A stretch of 64,000 bases of DNA from an uncultured Verrucomicrobiae bacterium (GCA_963769025.1 CAVYKI010000010.1:1-64000), one strand, 5' to 3'; numbered from the stretch's first letter, positions 18,508 to 28,353 are shown. The notes: generated by a model not told the origin, from the letters alone. Translations and numbers: made by a program.

Positions 18508-19902
18508 CTAGAGCCGGATGGGGACGCCCGGCGCGGGAGTCAGCACCTCGGTGTCCGGCAGGTCCTCGCGCGCGGCGTTGGCGAGCCATTCGGAGGCGGC
18601 GGGGTCGCCGTGGACGTAGATGAGCTTGCGCGGGTTCGCGCGCTTCACGTAGTCGCGGATGGATTCACGCGTCGCGTGGGCGCTGAAGTTGAACGCCTCG
18701 ATCTGGCAGCGCACCTTTTCCACCGGATGGTCCGGGGCGAGCGAAATTTCGCCGCCGGTGCCGGCCGCCCGGAGCCTGCCGCCGGGTGATTCCGGATCGG
18801 CGTAGCCGACGAAGAAGATCGCATTTTCCGGGTGGCTGAGGAACTGGCGCGCGAAGACATTCGAGAGCGTCTTTTCCACCATCATGCCGCTGCTGAGCGC
18901 GAAAACGCGCGCGGGCTTCATGCGGAGATCGGCAAAATTCTGGCCGCTGACGACGAAAGGCTGGACGTCATTGAGCAGGTCCAGTTTCGGGTTCAGGCGC
19001 GGCGTCTTGCGGGCGAGCTTGTCGTAAACTTCGGTGAGTTTCGCACCGAGGCCGCCGATGTAGATGGGGCAGTCGCGCCGCAGGCGCCCGCGCACGCGGA
19101 GGTCGTGGAGGAGAGAAAGGAATTCCTGCGTCTTGCCGAGCGCGAAAAGCGGCATGAGCACGCAGCCACCGCGCGCAAACACGTCCTCGATCGCCTTGGC
19201 AAGCCGCTCGGTCTCGCTCGCGCGCGTGAAGCCCTCCGGCGTGGGCCGCTCGCCGTACGTGCTTTCCATGATCATCACGTCGCACGGCTCGTCGGCGAAG
19301 CTGGGAAAGGTCGCGCCGGGCGAGATGTTCTGGTCGTCGAACTGCACGTCGCCCGCGTAAAAAATCGTTCGCCCGCCGGAGCGGATGAGCGTTCCCGCGG
19401 AGCCGAGGATGTGGCCGGCGTCGAAAAGCTCGATGGTGACATCCGCCGCCTCAGCCGGGCCGACGCGCTCGCCATGCAGGTCGAATTTTTGCTCGAGCGG
19501 GCGCGCCATCCAGCGGCGCGCGCAGATTTCCACTTCGCGGTGGGAAAAAAGCGGCGGCACTGCCGATCCGGCATTTTGCTCCGCGAGCATCACGTTCACG
19601 GAATTATGCATCATGATGTCGCCGAGCAGCCGCGTGGGCTCGGTCATGAAGACGGGAGCACGCGGATGCCGCCGCATGACCACCGGCAGCGAGCCGATGT
19701 GGTCGTGGTGCGCGTGCGAGAGCACCATGGCGTCGATGGAATCATCCTTCACCAGATCGAGGCGGGGCAGGCCGTCCGTGCCGGACCGTTTCGGGTGATA
19801 TCCGGCGTCGAGCAGGACGCGCCGCCCGCCGGTCTCGATGAGGTAGCTGTTTGCGCCGATTTCGAGAGCGCCCGTGAGGTTGGTGAAGGTGATTGGCGGC
19901 AT
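18508..19902 (-). CDS. Metallo-beta-lactamase / beta-CASP family nuclease
   Basis: SHAHHDHIGSLP, AGHILGSA, MESTYG, PLFALGKTQE, FSAHA, VHGD. Confidence 0.92.
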   Translation of the reverse strand: MPPITFTNLTGALEIGANSYLIETGGRRVLLDAGYHPKRSGTDGLPRLDLVKDDSIDAMVLSHAHHDHIGSLPVVMRRHPRAPVFMTEPTRLLGDIMMHNSVNVMLAEQNAGSAVPPLFSHREVEICARRWMARPLEQKFDLHGERVGPAEAADVTIELFDAGHILGSAGTLIRSGGRTIFYAGDVQFDDQNISPGATFPSFADEPCDVMIMESTYGERPTPEGFTRASETERLAKAIEDVFARGGCVLMPLFALGKTQEFLSLLHDLRVRGRLRRDCPIYIGGLGAKLTEVYDKLARKTPRLNPKLDLLNDVQPFVVSGQNFADLRMKPARVFALSSGMMVEKTLSNVFARQFLSHPENAIFFVGYADPESPGGRLRAAGTGGEISLAPDHPVEKVRCQIEAFNFSAHATRESIRDYVKRANPRKLIYVHGDPAASEWLANAAREDLPDTEVLTPAPGVPIRL

Positions 19903-19941
19903 GCTCGGTTTTCTTGCGGCGGCAACGTGCGGCTGCGACCG

Positions 19942-21177
19942 CTAGAACGCGATGATTTTCTCGATCCTCCGCGCGACGAGGCGCAGCAGAAGGACCCACG
20001 TGGAGAGTCCGACGGGAAGCACCGCAGGGAGGAGGATCTGGCGGGTGCGGAACATCCACCACGCGCTGACGGCGCAGGCGATGAGGAGGCCGAGGGTGAT
20101 GACGACGCAGAGGACCGGCTTCCATTTGCGAATCCACAGCGCAAGGAAGGCCGCGATGCCGACGAGCGTCCAATCGAACCATTCGCCGATTCGCCGCGGG
20201 AAGGTGCCGGCCTCGACGCTCGCAAATGCAGCGCCGATGAATTCGCCCGGCGAAACCATCCGGCCGCCGGGCATGGCAAGGGTGCGCGACCCGGGGTCGG
20301 TGCGGGCGAGCATGACGGCGCGGCCGGCAAAAAGCTCCGCGGGGCGGACCGGTGCTTCCTTGCGGTCGAGTTGCTCCCGGCTCAGGAGCAGATCGTCGTA
20401 CGAGACCCGGATGAAATCCGCGCCGACATTCAGGAGCATCCGGCCCGAGTCATCGATCGGCACGGAACGGAATTTCCCGATCGCCACATGCGAGCCGAGG
20501 ATGACCTCGACCTCGTCGAGCGTGACTTTTTCCATGTGCATCACGAGCTGCAGGACCATGGTCGGCACCGGCTGGCCGCGGTAGCGCAGGACGAGCGGGC
20601 AGAAGCCGCGCGGGCCGGCGCGCCCGGGGACATTCGTCCAGCCGGGCTGCGTGGTGAAGCGCAGGGTTTCGTCGGCCCACGATTCCACGGCGGTGAATTC
20701 CGGCACCAGGGTGAGGTCGCCATGCACTTTGTGCAGCACCGGCATGGGCTGGATGTCCGGCACGGCCTCGGCATCCGGCGCAAATCCGAGCCTGCCGCCG
20801 AGCACGAGTTTGGGGCTTTTCAGCACGTGGTCGTGCAGCATTTTTTCAAAGACCGGATCCTTCTCCGCGGCTGCGTCGTGCTCGAAATGGACCGGCGGCT
20901 CCACGGCGAGGACCGCGGGCTGAAAGGGCAGCACGGCGTGGAAGAAGAGCGCAAAATCATCCGGCCCCCATGGCCACGGGTGCTTGGAAAGGCTGTCGCC
21001 AGTGATCTCCACGAGCGTGAACTTCGAAGCCGTGGTCGCGGGCGTGCCGAGTTTTGCGACGAGCGCCCACCAGCCTTCGTCGAGACGCGCGAGCCTGCCG
21101 AACGCCGCCTCGCGGATGAGCGATGCACCGGCCAGGAAGACCAGCAGGGCGTATATCAGGGAGCCGCGACGAAGCAT
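19942..21177 (-). CDS. CHASE2 domain membrane protein without a cytoplasmic output domain
   Basis: N-terminal TM, WPWGPDDFA, VPIDDSGRMLLN, SYDDLL, PGE, three C-terminal TM helices, then stop. Confidence 0.72.
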   Translation of the reverse strand: MLRRGSLIYALLVFLAGASLIREAAFGRLARLDEGWWALVAKLGTPATTASKFTLVEITGDSLSKHPWPWGPDDFALFFHAVLPFQPAVLAVEPPVHFEHDAAAEKDPVFEKMLHDHVLKSPKLVLGGRLGFAPDAEAVPDIQPMPVLHKVHGDLTLVPEFTAVESWADETLRFTTQPGWTNVPGRAGPRGFCPLVLRYRGQPVPTMVLQLVMHMEKVTLDEVEVILGSHVAIGKFRSVPIDDSGRMLLNVGADFIRVSYDDLLLSREQLDRKEAPVRPAELFAGRAVMLARTDPGSRTLAMPGGRMVSPGEFIGAAFASVEAGTFPRRIGEWFDWTLVGIAAFLALWIRKWKPVLCVVITLGLLIACAVSAWWMFRTRQILLPAVLPVGLSTWVLLLRLVARRIEKIIAF

Positions 21178-21258
21178 GGGCGGGGAAACTGCGCGAAATC
21201 CCGTCGCGAGGGGAAGCCGAAACCGCACCGCATTTTATCCGTGAACCTGGAAAAAAGT

Positions 21259-21354
21259 TCCGTCAGGGAACCACGACAAGGAAGGGCAGGCTACCGTTGC
21301 TGCCTTCCGGCTCTGGCGGGGTTTGCCAGCCTTCAATCCATGGCCCCTGACGGA
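21259..21354 (-). ncRNA. ffs: Signal recognition particle RNA (small bacterial SRP, 4.5S)
   Basis: Minus strand reads TCCGTCAGGGGCCA...CCCGCCAGAGCCGGAAGGCAGCAACGGTAG...TGGTTCCCTGACGGA: the helix-8 GGAA tetraloop with CAG/AGCA internal loops, a long closing stem, then a T-run. Confidence 0.9.
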
Positions 21355-21535
21355 GCGCGGAGGAAAGCACGCCGAACGCCGCCCTGACAAAATGAAAACG
21401 TAGGAATCTTTGAGGAATGCCCTTGCAAAGAAATTTCGCAGCCGCTTAAAAGCGCGCTCCGATGACGTTTTGGCATTGCACCAAAGTGTCCCGCTTGTCA
21501 CATCTCCCAGACCACCCACCACCTGACCTAACCTT

Positions 21536-22426
21536 ATGGCGAAAGTTTTTTCCGTTTTGACCCTTCTCGTAGCGTTGGCCGCGACTTTCTTCGGATTCCA
21601 GAGCAAGGAGCTGGTCGGCAAACTCCAAGTCGCCGCGGAACGGGATCACAAGGATCTCCTCGACACCCGGGACACGCTGAAGAAGACCGAGGCAAAGCTG
21701 AAAACCACCGAGGAGGAATTGGAGACCACGAAGGGGGAACTTTCCAAGACGCAGATCGAGCTGACGCAGACCAAGACGGAACTCGACAAGGCGAAGACCG
21801 ACCTCGTGGCGGCGATGGCGGCGCAAACGAAGGCGGAAGAGGAACTCGCCACCCTCAAGAAGAACTACGACGAGCTGAAAGTTGCGTTTGGCGACAAAAC
21901 GCCCGAGCAGATTACCAAAGAGATCACGGATATGCAGGCAGCCAACAAGGTGCTCGAGGCCAAGGTAACCGCCGCTGAGACGAAAGTCGCCGAACTCACC
22001 ACGGTAAACGAGGGCCTCATTGCCCAGAAGAAGGAGACGGAGGAAAAAATCGCTAGCCAGAAAAAGGTCGTGGATCGCTACCAGAAAAACATCATGCAAA
22101 AGGGCATCCGCGGAAGCGTGCTGGCAGTCAATGCCGGCTGGGGCTTCTGCGTGCTGAGCATCGGCGACCGCCATGGTGCCGCAGCGAACAAAATCATGAT
22201 CGTCGCCCGTGGCGGGCAGGCCATCGGCAAGGTGAAGATCATCAATGTGGAAAACTCCCAATCCGTCGCGGACATCATCGCGTCGAGCTTCACCCGCGGG
22301 ACTTACGTCGAGCCCGGCGACGAGGTCATTTTCACCGGCGAGGATAAAGTCCGCGAGGAACCTGCCGATGAAAAAGCCCCCGTCGGCCCGGCCCTGCCGG
22401 TCGTCCCTTCGCTCCCGGAGCTGTAA
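21536..22426 (+). CDS. Membrane-anchored coiled-coil protein with a C-terminal beta-barrel domain
   Basis: N-terminal TM, long K/E/T heptads, GSVLAVNAGWGFCVLSIG...GDEVIF. Confidence 0.8.
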   Translation: MAKVFSVLTLLVALAATFFGFQSKELVGKLQVAAERDHKDLLDTRDTLKKTEAKLKTTEEELETTKGELSKTQIELTQTKTELDKAKTDLVAAMAAQTKAEEELATLKKNYDELKVAFGDKTPEQITKEITDMQAANKVLEAKVTAAETKVAELTTVNEGLIAQKKETEEKIASQKKVVDRYQKNIMQKGIRGSVLAVNAGWGFCVLSIGDRHGAAANKIMIVARGGQAIGKVKIINVENSQSVADIIASSFTRGTYVEPGDEVIFTGEDKVREEPADEKAPVGPALPVVPSLPEL

Positions 22427-22444
22427 GCCGCAACTGTCGGGCAT

Positions 22445-22603
22445 ATGTTTCGCATCCTTCTCGCCATCATCGCAGCCAGCATCGCCGGCTGCGCGAGCAC
22501 GGAGCGCTCACAGGAAGATCGCGTCTCCAGCATCCCGTGGGCCAAGCCGGAAAGCTGGGAAGGCCAGGGAGCCTTCGGGTCGATGATGCAGGGCAGCCGC
22601 TGA
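22445..22603 (+). CDS. Small lipoprotein (52 aa; not in the supplied ORF track)
   Basis: MFRILLAIIAASIAGCASTERSQEDRVSSIPWAKPESWEGQGAFGSMMQGSR; lipobox IAG-C. Confidence 0.7.
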   Translation: MFRILLAIIAASIAGCASTERSQEDRVSSIPWAKPESWEGQGAFGSMMQGSR

Positions 22604-22740
22604 CCGGAGACGACCCCTCGGCGGGCCTCGTCGATCCGGCTCAAATTTGGGCGGCCAATGCGCCAACGCGATATGAAAAGTCACCTATTCTTGACTTTCA
22701 TCCACTTTCAAAACTGGTAGTCTCCGTGAGCCTGACTCGA

Positions 22741-23556
22741 ATGAACTCAAGTGCCCACAATCTGCCTGACGACACCCGTCCGCCTGTCGATCCGGCTCCG
22801 AGCATCACGTCCATGTCCGGAGGGGTCGCACCGGGCGCACGCATCACCTATCGGACCCGGCTCGCCACTTCGGAAGCTGACATCCAGGCCGCCCAGCGGC
22901 TTCGTTTTGACGTGTTCAACGTCGAACTGCAGGAAGGCCTGAGCGAGAGCTGGCGCACGCAACTCGACTCCGATCGCTTCGACGCCACATGCGATCATCT
23001 GGTCATCGAGCACATCGCCACGGGAAAAATCGTCGGCACCTACCGTCTTCAGACCGGAGAGATGGCCGCGGCGGCCAACGGCTACTACAGCGAGCAGGAA
23101 TTCGACTTCACTCCGTTCGCCCCTTTCCGCAGTGAGATCGTCGAACTCGGCCGCGCCTGCGTCCACCAGGATCACCGCAAGGGCAATGTCCTCGACCTTC
23201 TCTGGCGCGGCATCGCCGCCTACACCCGCGAGCGCAAGGCCCGCTACCTCCTCGGGTGCAGTTCGCTCACCTCGCAGGATCCCGCGCTCGGCCACGCCAT
23301 GTATGCCCGGCTCGCGCCGGAATACCTCGCCCCGGAGCCATTCCGCACCTCGCCGCTCCCTGCCTTCGCGCTGCCGGATGCGGAACCGCTCGCCGTCTGC
23401 CCCCGCCCGCCGCGACTCTTGCGCACCTACCTCAGCGTCGGTTCGAAAATCTGCGGCAAACCCGCGCTCGACCGCGAATTCGGGACCATCGATTTTCTGA
23501 CGCTGATCGATCTCACCGCACTGCCAGCGGCGACATCCGCGCGGTTCCTCTCGTAA
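22741..23556 (+). CDS. olsB: GNAT N-acyltransferase, OlsB-like (ornithine lipid synthesis)
   Basis: AAQRLRFDVF, D.FDATCDHL, VGTYRL, YYSEQEFD, ELGRACVH, YLLGCSS, PALDREFGTIDF. Confidence 0.8.
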   Translation: MNSSAHNLPDDTRPPVDPAPSITSMSGGVAPGARITYRTRLATSEADIQAAQRLRFDVFNVELQEGLSESWRTQLDSDRFDATCDHLVIEHIATGKIVGTYRLQTGEMAAAANGYYSEQEFDFTPFAPFRSEIVELGRACVHQDHRKGNVLDLLWRGIAAYTRERKARYLLGCSSLTSQDPALGHAMYARLAPEYLAPEPFRTSPLPAFALPDAEPLAVCPRPPRLLRTYLSVGSKICGKPALDREFGTIDFLTLIDLTALPAATSARFLS

Positions 23557-24303
23557 ATGGGAACATTGGCAGGTGCTGCCCGCACCGCAGTCCGTTCATT
23601 GCTGGTCGCGCCGCTCGCGGCAGGATGCCTCGGGGACTTCCTTCTCAGCGGCGCGAGCAGGAGCATCCGCGACCGCGTCCGATGGCTCTCTCGCTCGTCG
23701 CGGCGGCATGTGAAATGGATGGGAATTCACGTCAACGTCCACGGCGAAATCCCAAGCGGCGGGCTCATCGTCGCAAACCACGTGAGCTACGTGGACATCA
23801 TTGCGCTGAGCATGGCCGCGACCTGCGCATTCGTCTCGAAAAAGGAAGTGGCGAAGTGGCCGTTGTTCGGCCTCTACGCGCGGCTCGGCGGTACGGTATT
23901 CGTGGATCGCGAGCGGCGCGGCGCCGTCGCCGAAGTGGCGCCTGAAATGCGCGAGCGCCTCGACGCCGGGGTGCCGCTGACCCTTTTCCCCGAGGGGACC
24001 AGCACCGATGGCAGCGACGTGCTCCCGTTCCGCAGTTCGCTTTTCGAGCCCGTCGTCGAACTCGCCTGTCCCGTCACCGCTTGCGCGCTCCGCTATTCGT
24101 TCGAAGGCGGCTCCGTCGCGGACGAAGTCGCCTATTGGCGCGACATGACGCTCGCCCCTCACCTCCTCAACCTCCTCGGGAAATCCGGCGTCACGCTCGA
24201 CATCCACTTTGGCCCCTCATCGCGCCGCACCGGCGACCGCAAGACGCTCGCCCGCGATCTCCACGCCGAAGTCCGCACGCTCCTGCGCGGGACGGCTGCC
24301 TGA
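23557..24303 (+). CDS. Lysophospholipid acyltransferase, OlsA-like
   Basis: NHVSYVD, FVSKKEV, FVDRE, FPEGTS; abuts olsB. Confidence 0.88.
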   Translation: MGTLAGAARTAVRSLLVAPLAAGCLGDFLLSGASRSIRDRVRWLSRSSRRHVKWMGIHVNVHGEIPSGGLIVANHVSYVDIIALSMAATCAFVSKKEVAKWPLFGLYARLGGTVFVDRERRGAVAEVAPEMRERLDAGVPLTLFPEGTSTDGSDVLPFRSSLFEPVVELACPVTACALRYSFEGGSVADEVAYWRDMTLAPHLLNLLGKSGVTLDIHFGPSSRRTGDRKTLARDLHAEVRTLLRGTAA

Positions 24304-24308
24304 CGCCC

Positions 24309-25398
24309 TCAGCGCACGCCCATCTCGCGCGCGGCGGCCTTCACGCCTTCGAGCAATGCGCGCCAGTCGTCGCGCGTCGTCCCCCACCCCGCGCTGAAGC
24401 GCAGTGCGCGCCCGGCATCCTCCGGCGAAACGCCCATCGCCGTCAGCACGTGCGACGGCTTCTCCTTCCCGCTCGCGCATGCCGATCCGGTCGAGACCGC
24501 AAAGCCCAGCTTGTCCATCACCACCACCCAGCGGCGGCGGCAATCGGGCGTCTCGGGCAGGATCACCGAGACCGTGTTCCAAAGCCGCTCCACGCCTGCG
24601 CCGAGCACGCGCACACCCGGCAGCGCCGCGGTGAGTCCGCTCTCAAATTCCTCGCGCCATCCGAGCCGTTCATCGAGCGCACCGCCGCGGATCGCCGCCT
24701 CGCGCTCCTCCAGCACCGCGAGCATGGCGAGGACGCCGGCAACATTTTCCGTCCCCGCGCGACGCCCCTCCTCCTGCGGCCCGCCACGCAGCAGCGGCGG
24801 AAAATCCGCGGGGCATTTCAAAAACCCGACGCCCTGCGGCCCGCCGAACTTGTGCGCGCACCCGCTCACAAAATCACACGCACCGAGCCCTGCCGCCGGC
24901 AGACGCCCGATCCACTGCGCCGCATCGCAAAACAGCGGGACGCCATTTTCCCCGCAGACCGAAAGCGCCTCCCGCCACGGCTGCAGCACGCCCGTCTCGT
25001 TGTTCGCCGCCATCAGCGCGACGAGCTGCGGACTTCGCACCGTCGAACCGCGGAAGCTCCACCACTCCCGTAGCCGCCGACGGAAGGAGGCGGGCTGATT
25101 TTCCCCTCAGGGGTTCCAGCACGCACGGATGCTCGATCGCCGAAGCCAACACGTCATCGAACTGCGCGATCACCGCATTCGCCGATTCCGTCGCGCCGCT
25201 CGTAAATACGATCTGATCCGCGCCACACCCCAAAATCGTCGCGAGCCGCTCCCGCGCATTTTGCAGCGCCGCCTCCGCCCGCTGTCCCGTCCGGTGCGGC
25301 GACGACGGATTTCCCGGGAAGCGCTCCACCGCCTCCAGCCACGCGCGCTTCGCCGTCCCGGAGAGCGGATGCGTGGCGTTGTGGTCAAAGTAGAGCAT
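24309..25398 (-). CDS. Cysteine desulfurase (IscS/NifS class), one frameshift near 25032
   Basis: YFDHNATHP, FTSGATESAN, AIEHPCV, ANNETG, CDAAQ, AHKFGGPQG, RRAGTEN, STGSACAS. Confidence 0.88.
25070..25094 (+). repeat. REP copy lying inside the desulfurase coding frame
   Basis: GTAGCCGCCGACGGAAGGAGGCGGG; 24/25 identical to the reverse complement of 17733-17757; read as RLLPSAAT. Confidence 0.65.
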
Positions 25399-25498
25399 GT
25401 CCGGGCCGAGTTAGCGCGAGCGCTGCCGCGAAGGCAATGGCTTCAGCGCCACATTCCACTCGCGCCGCAGCGCGTGATGCCCGATGTTCCGCGGCCCG

Positions 25499-25963
25499 AT
25501 GAGCGGCCCCGCGACATCCTTTTACAAACGCAGCAACTTCGTCACCCACCTGCCGGTGGAGTGTCTCTACAGCCCGTCGCATTTCTGGATCGCGAAAATG
25601 GGCGGCGCACGCCTGCGGATCGGCTTCACGAAATTTGCCACGCGGATGCTCGGCGAGATCGTCGAGGTGCGGTTTGAAAAGGCGCCCGGCTCGGCGCTCG
25701 CGGGCGGCGAAATCGTCGGGAGCATCGAGGGCTTCAAGGCCATCAGCGACATCTACTCGTGCGCGGGCGGCACCTTCGCCGGGGGCAATCCCGCGCTCGC
25801 GGCCGGCGTGGAAGCCGTCGGGAAAGATCCCTACGGCGCAGGTTGGCTCTACGAAGTGGACGGTGAGCCGGATGATAAGTGCGTGCCGCTCGAACAATAC
25901 CGGGCGATGCTCGACACCACGATCGACAAGATTCTCGAAAAACAAAAAGCCGAAGCCGACTGA
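25499..25963 (+). CDS. Glycine cleavage H-like (lipoyl-carrier fold) protein
   Basis: YSPSHFWI, RIGFTKFA..LGEIV, IEGFKAISDIY (lipoyl Lys retained), DPYGAGWLY. Confidence 0.85.
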   Translation: MSGPATSFYKRSNFVTHLPVECLYSPSHFWIAKMGGARLRIGFTKFATRMLGEIVEVRFEKAPGSALAGGEIVGSIEGFKAISDIYSCAGGTFAGGNPALAAGVEAVGKDPYGAGWLYEVDGEPDDKCVPLEQYRAMLDTTIDKILEKQKAEAD

Positions 25964-27101
25964 TGCCCACCTCGCAATCCGACCCACAGCCATCCGCACT
26001 CGAAGGCCCGCTACATCATGATCGGTGGCTTCCTCGGCGCGGGAAAGACGACCGCCGTCGCCGCAGTCGCGCAGCATTTTGCCGCACAGGGATTGCGCGT
26101 CGGGCTGATCACGAACGACCAGGGCAGTGAACTCGTGGACACCACGATGCTGCGTGCGCGCGGTTTTGCGACGGAGGAAATCACCGGCGGATGCTTCTGC
26201 TGCCGCTTCAACACGCTCGACGGACGCCGCGCAGAAGCTGACGGACGCTTCGCGGCCGGACGTGTTCATCGCCGAGCCGGTCGGGAGCTGCACGGATCTC
26301 GTCGCGACGGTCACCTATCCGCTGCGGCGCATCTACGGCGACTCTTTTGCCATCGCGCCGCTGAGCGTGCTCGTGGACCCGATTCGCGCGGAGCGTTTCC
26401 TCGGTCTCGCGGCCGGCGGGAAGTTTTCCGACAAGGTCACCTACATCTACCGCAAGCAGCTCGAGGAGGCGGACATCATCGTGATCACCAAGAGCGATCT
26501 GCTCGATGCCGCGCGCCTCGTGGCCATCGGCGCAAAGCTCGCCGAGGAGTTTCCCCACGCGGAGATCCTCGCCGTCAGCGTGCGCAATGGCGACGGCCTC
26601 GCTCCGTGGCTGGAACTCCTCGCGACCGGCGAGCAGAGCCGCCGCGCGACGATGGAGGTGGACTACGAGCTTTACGCCGAAGGCGAGGCGCTGCTCGGCT
26701 GGCTGAATGCGACCGTGCAACTCGCCGCGCCCGCGGGCTTCGACGCCGATGCCACGCTGAAGACGATCGCCGCCGGCATCCAAGAGCGCCTCTCCGGCTC
26801 AGAGATCGCCCATTTGAAAATGACGCTCAACCCGGACAGCGGCCTCGGTGACATCGCCGCGGTGAACCTTGTCCGCAGTGATTTCGTCCCCGAGCTTTCG
26901 CTCACGCTCGAAGAGCCGGTGGAGAGCGGACAGCTCATCATCAACTGCCGCGCCGAGGCTGCGCCCGAGTCCATCCGCGATGCGGTGAACGAAACGATCG
27001 CCACACTGAACAGCGACACATTTTCCGCAAAGCTCGAACACCTAGAGTTTTTCCGCCCCGGCAAACCGGAGCCAACCCACCGCGACACAGTGTCCGCCTG
27101 A
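25963..27101 (+). CDS. CobW/HypB/UreG (G3E) family GTPase metallochaperone, frameshifted near 25990 and 26220
   Basis: GGFLGAGKTT, ITNDQG, GGCFCC, AEPVGSCTD, QLEEAD..TKSD, IAHLK. Confidence 0.85.
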
Positions 27102-27102
27102 C

Positions 27103-27498
27103 ATGAGCAAACCAGCGATTCTCTACTGCCACTGCCAGTACGCGCAGGTGGTGCCGAAGGAAGTGAAGGAAGCCGTGCTGCGGCGCCTTTGCGAGAGCGG
27201 CGTCGCGTTTGACGCCGTTGCGGACCTCTGCGAGATGGCCGCGCGGCGCGACCCGGCGCTCCGGCAGCTCGCGGCGAACGGCGCGGTGAAGATCGCCGCA
27301 TGCTTCCCGCGCGCGGTGAAGGGCCTCTTTCACCAATGCAACGCCGACCTCGCGCCGGACAAGGCCGAGGTGCTCAACATGCGCACGCTCACCGCGGATG
27401 AAATCTGTGCGAGGCTCGCGGCGGACGATCTTTTGCCGAATCTGCCCGAGCGCGAAACGAAAAACGCGCAACCCGCGACTCCGAACCCCCAAACCTGA
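27103..27498 (+). CDS. Small Cys-containing, probably Fe-S-binding protein
   Basis: YCHCQYA...DLCE...ACFPRAV...NMR, spaced like HdrA N-terminal cluster ligands. Confidence 0.7.
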   Translation: MSKPAILYCHCQYAQVVPKEVKEAVLRRLCESGVAFDAVADLCEMAARRDPALRQLAANGAVKIAACFPRAVKGLFHQCNADLAPDKAEVLNMRTLTADEICARLAADDLLPNLPERETKNAQPATPNPQT

Positions 27499-27504
27499 TC
27501 CGCC

Positions 27505-28353
27505 ATGTCACTGAAAGACGAATCCACCCTCCGCGTCGTGCTCTACGAAGGCGATGGCGCCGCTCCGCTCGACAACACTTTCGCGACGATGGCCGCGCTG
27601 CTGGAGAAAGGCTACGCCGTCACGCGCAGCACGGCGGGCGGCAAGGTCGCGCCGCAGGAAAAAGGTTCGCTCGTCGTGCTCGGGAAATTTTCCGGCGGTT
27701 CCGCACCTGCGGCGGAGGACGGAGGCGGCGCGGTGAAGGTGCGCATGCACGACATCACGAACCGCGACATCGCAGGCGTGACGGCGCTCGTCGAGGAGGA
27801 GCGCGCGGCGGCGGGCGCAGCACAGCATGGCGCGTGGAAGCCGTGGTTCCCGGTCATTGACTACGACCGCTGCACGAATTGCATGCAGTGTCTCAGCTTC
27901 TGCCTTTTCGGCGTGTACGGCGTGGATGGCGACAGCCACATCCAGGTGCAGAATAACGACAACTGCAAAACGAACTGCCCGGCGTGCTCGCGCGTGTGCC
28001 CGGAGGCGGCGATCATGTTTCCGAAATACAAGGCGGGGCCGATCAATGGCGACATGGTGAGCGCGACGGATCTCAAGCGCGAGAAGATGAAGATCGACAT
28101 CTCGGCGCTGCTCGGCGGCGACGTTTATTCCATGCTGCGCGAGCGGACGCTGAAGGCGCAAAGCCGGTTCAGCAAGGAGCGCGACGCCGACAAGGCGCTG
28201 ACCGAACGGCAGAAGTGCCTCGTAAAACTCGCGGCCGCCGGGGACATTCCCGCCGAGGTGCTGATGTCGCTGCCGTCGCCCGAGGAAATCGCACGCCGCG
28301 CCGAGGAAGCGAAGGCGAAGGCCGCGGCCGCGCTTGCCGCACAGAAGAGCTAG
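27505..28353 (+). CDS. 4Fe-4S dicluster ferredoxin-domain protein
   Basis: WFPVIDYDRCTNCMQCLSFCLFGV and NCKTNCPACSRVCP. Confidence 0.88.
   Translation: MSLKDESTLRVVLYEGDGAAPLDNTFATMAALLEKGYAVTRSTAGGKVAPQEKGSLVVLGKFSGGSAPAAEDGGGAVKVRMHDITNRDIAGVTALVEEERAAAGAAQHGAWKPWFPVIDYDRCTNCMQCLSFCLFGVYGVDGDSHIQVQNNDNCKTNCPACSRVCPEAAIMFPKYKAGPINGDMVSATDLKREKMKIDISALLGGDVYSMLRERTLKAQSRFSKERDADKALTERQKCLVKLAAAGDIPAEVLMSLPSPEEIARRAEEAKAKAAAALAAQKS

Noticed and set aside
18832..21387. Long opposite-strand ORFs (851 aa here; also 29592-31415, 14724-16223, 52254-53867)
   Set aside because: Antisense shadows of well-supported genes in high-GC DNA, with no recognisable motifs.
25020..25045. Programmed frameshifting in the desulfurase or the other broken genes
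   Set aside because: No slippery heptamers at these sites, unlike the IS5 A8G site; assembly error is the simpler explanation.
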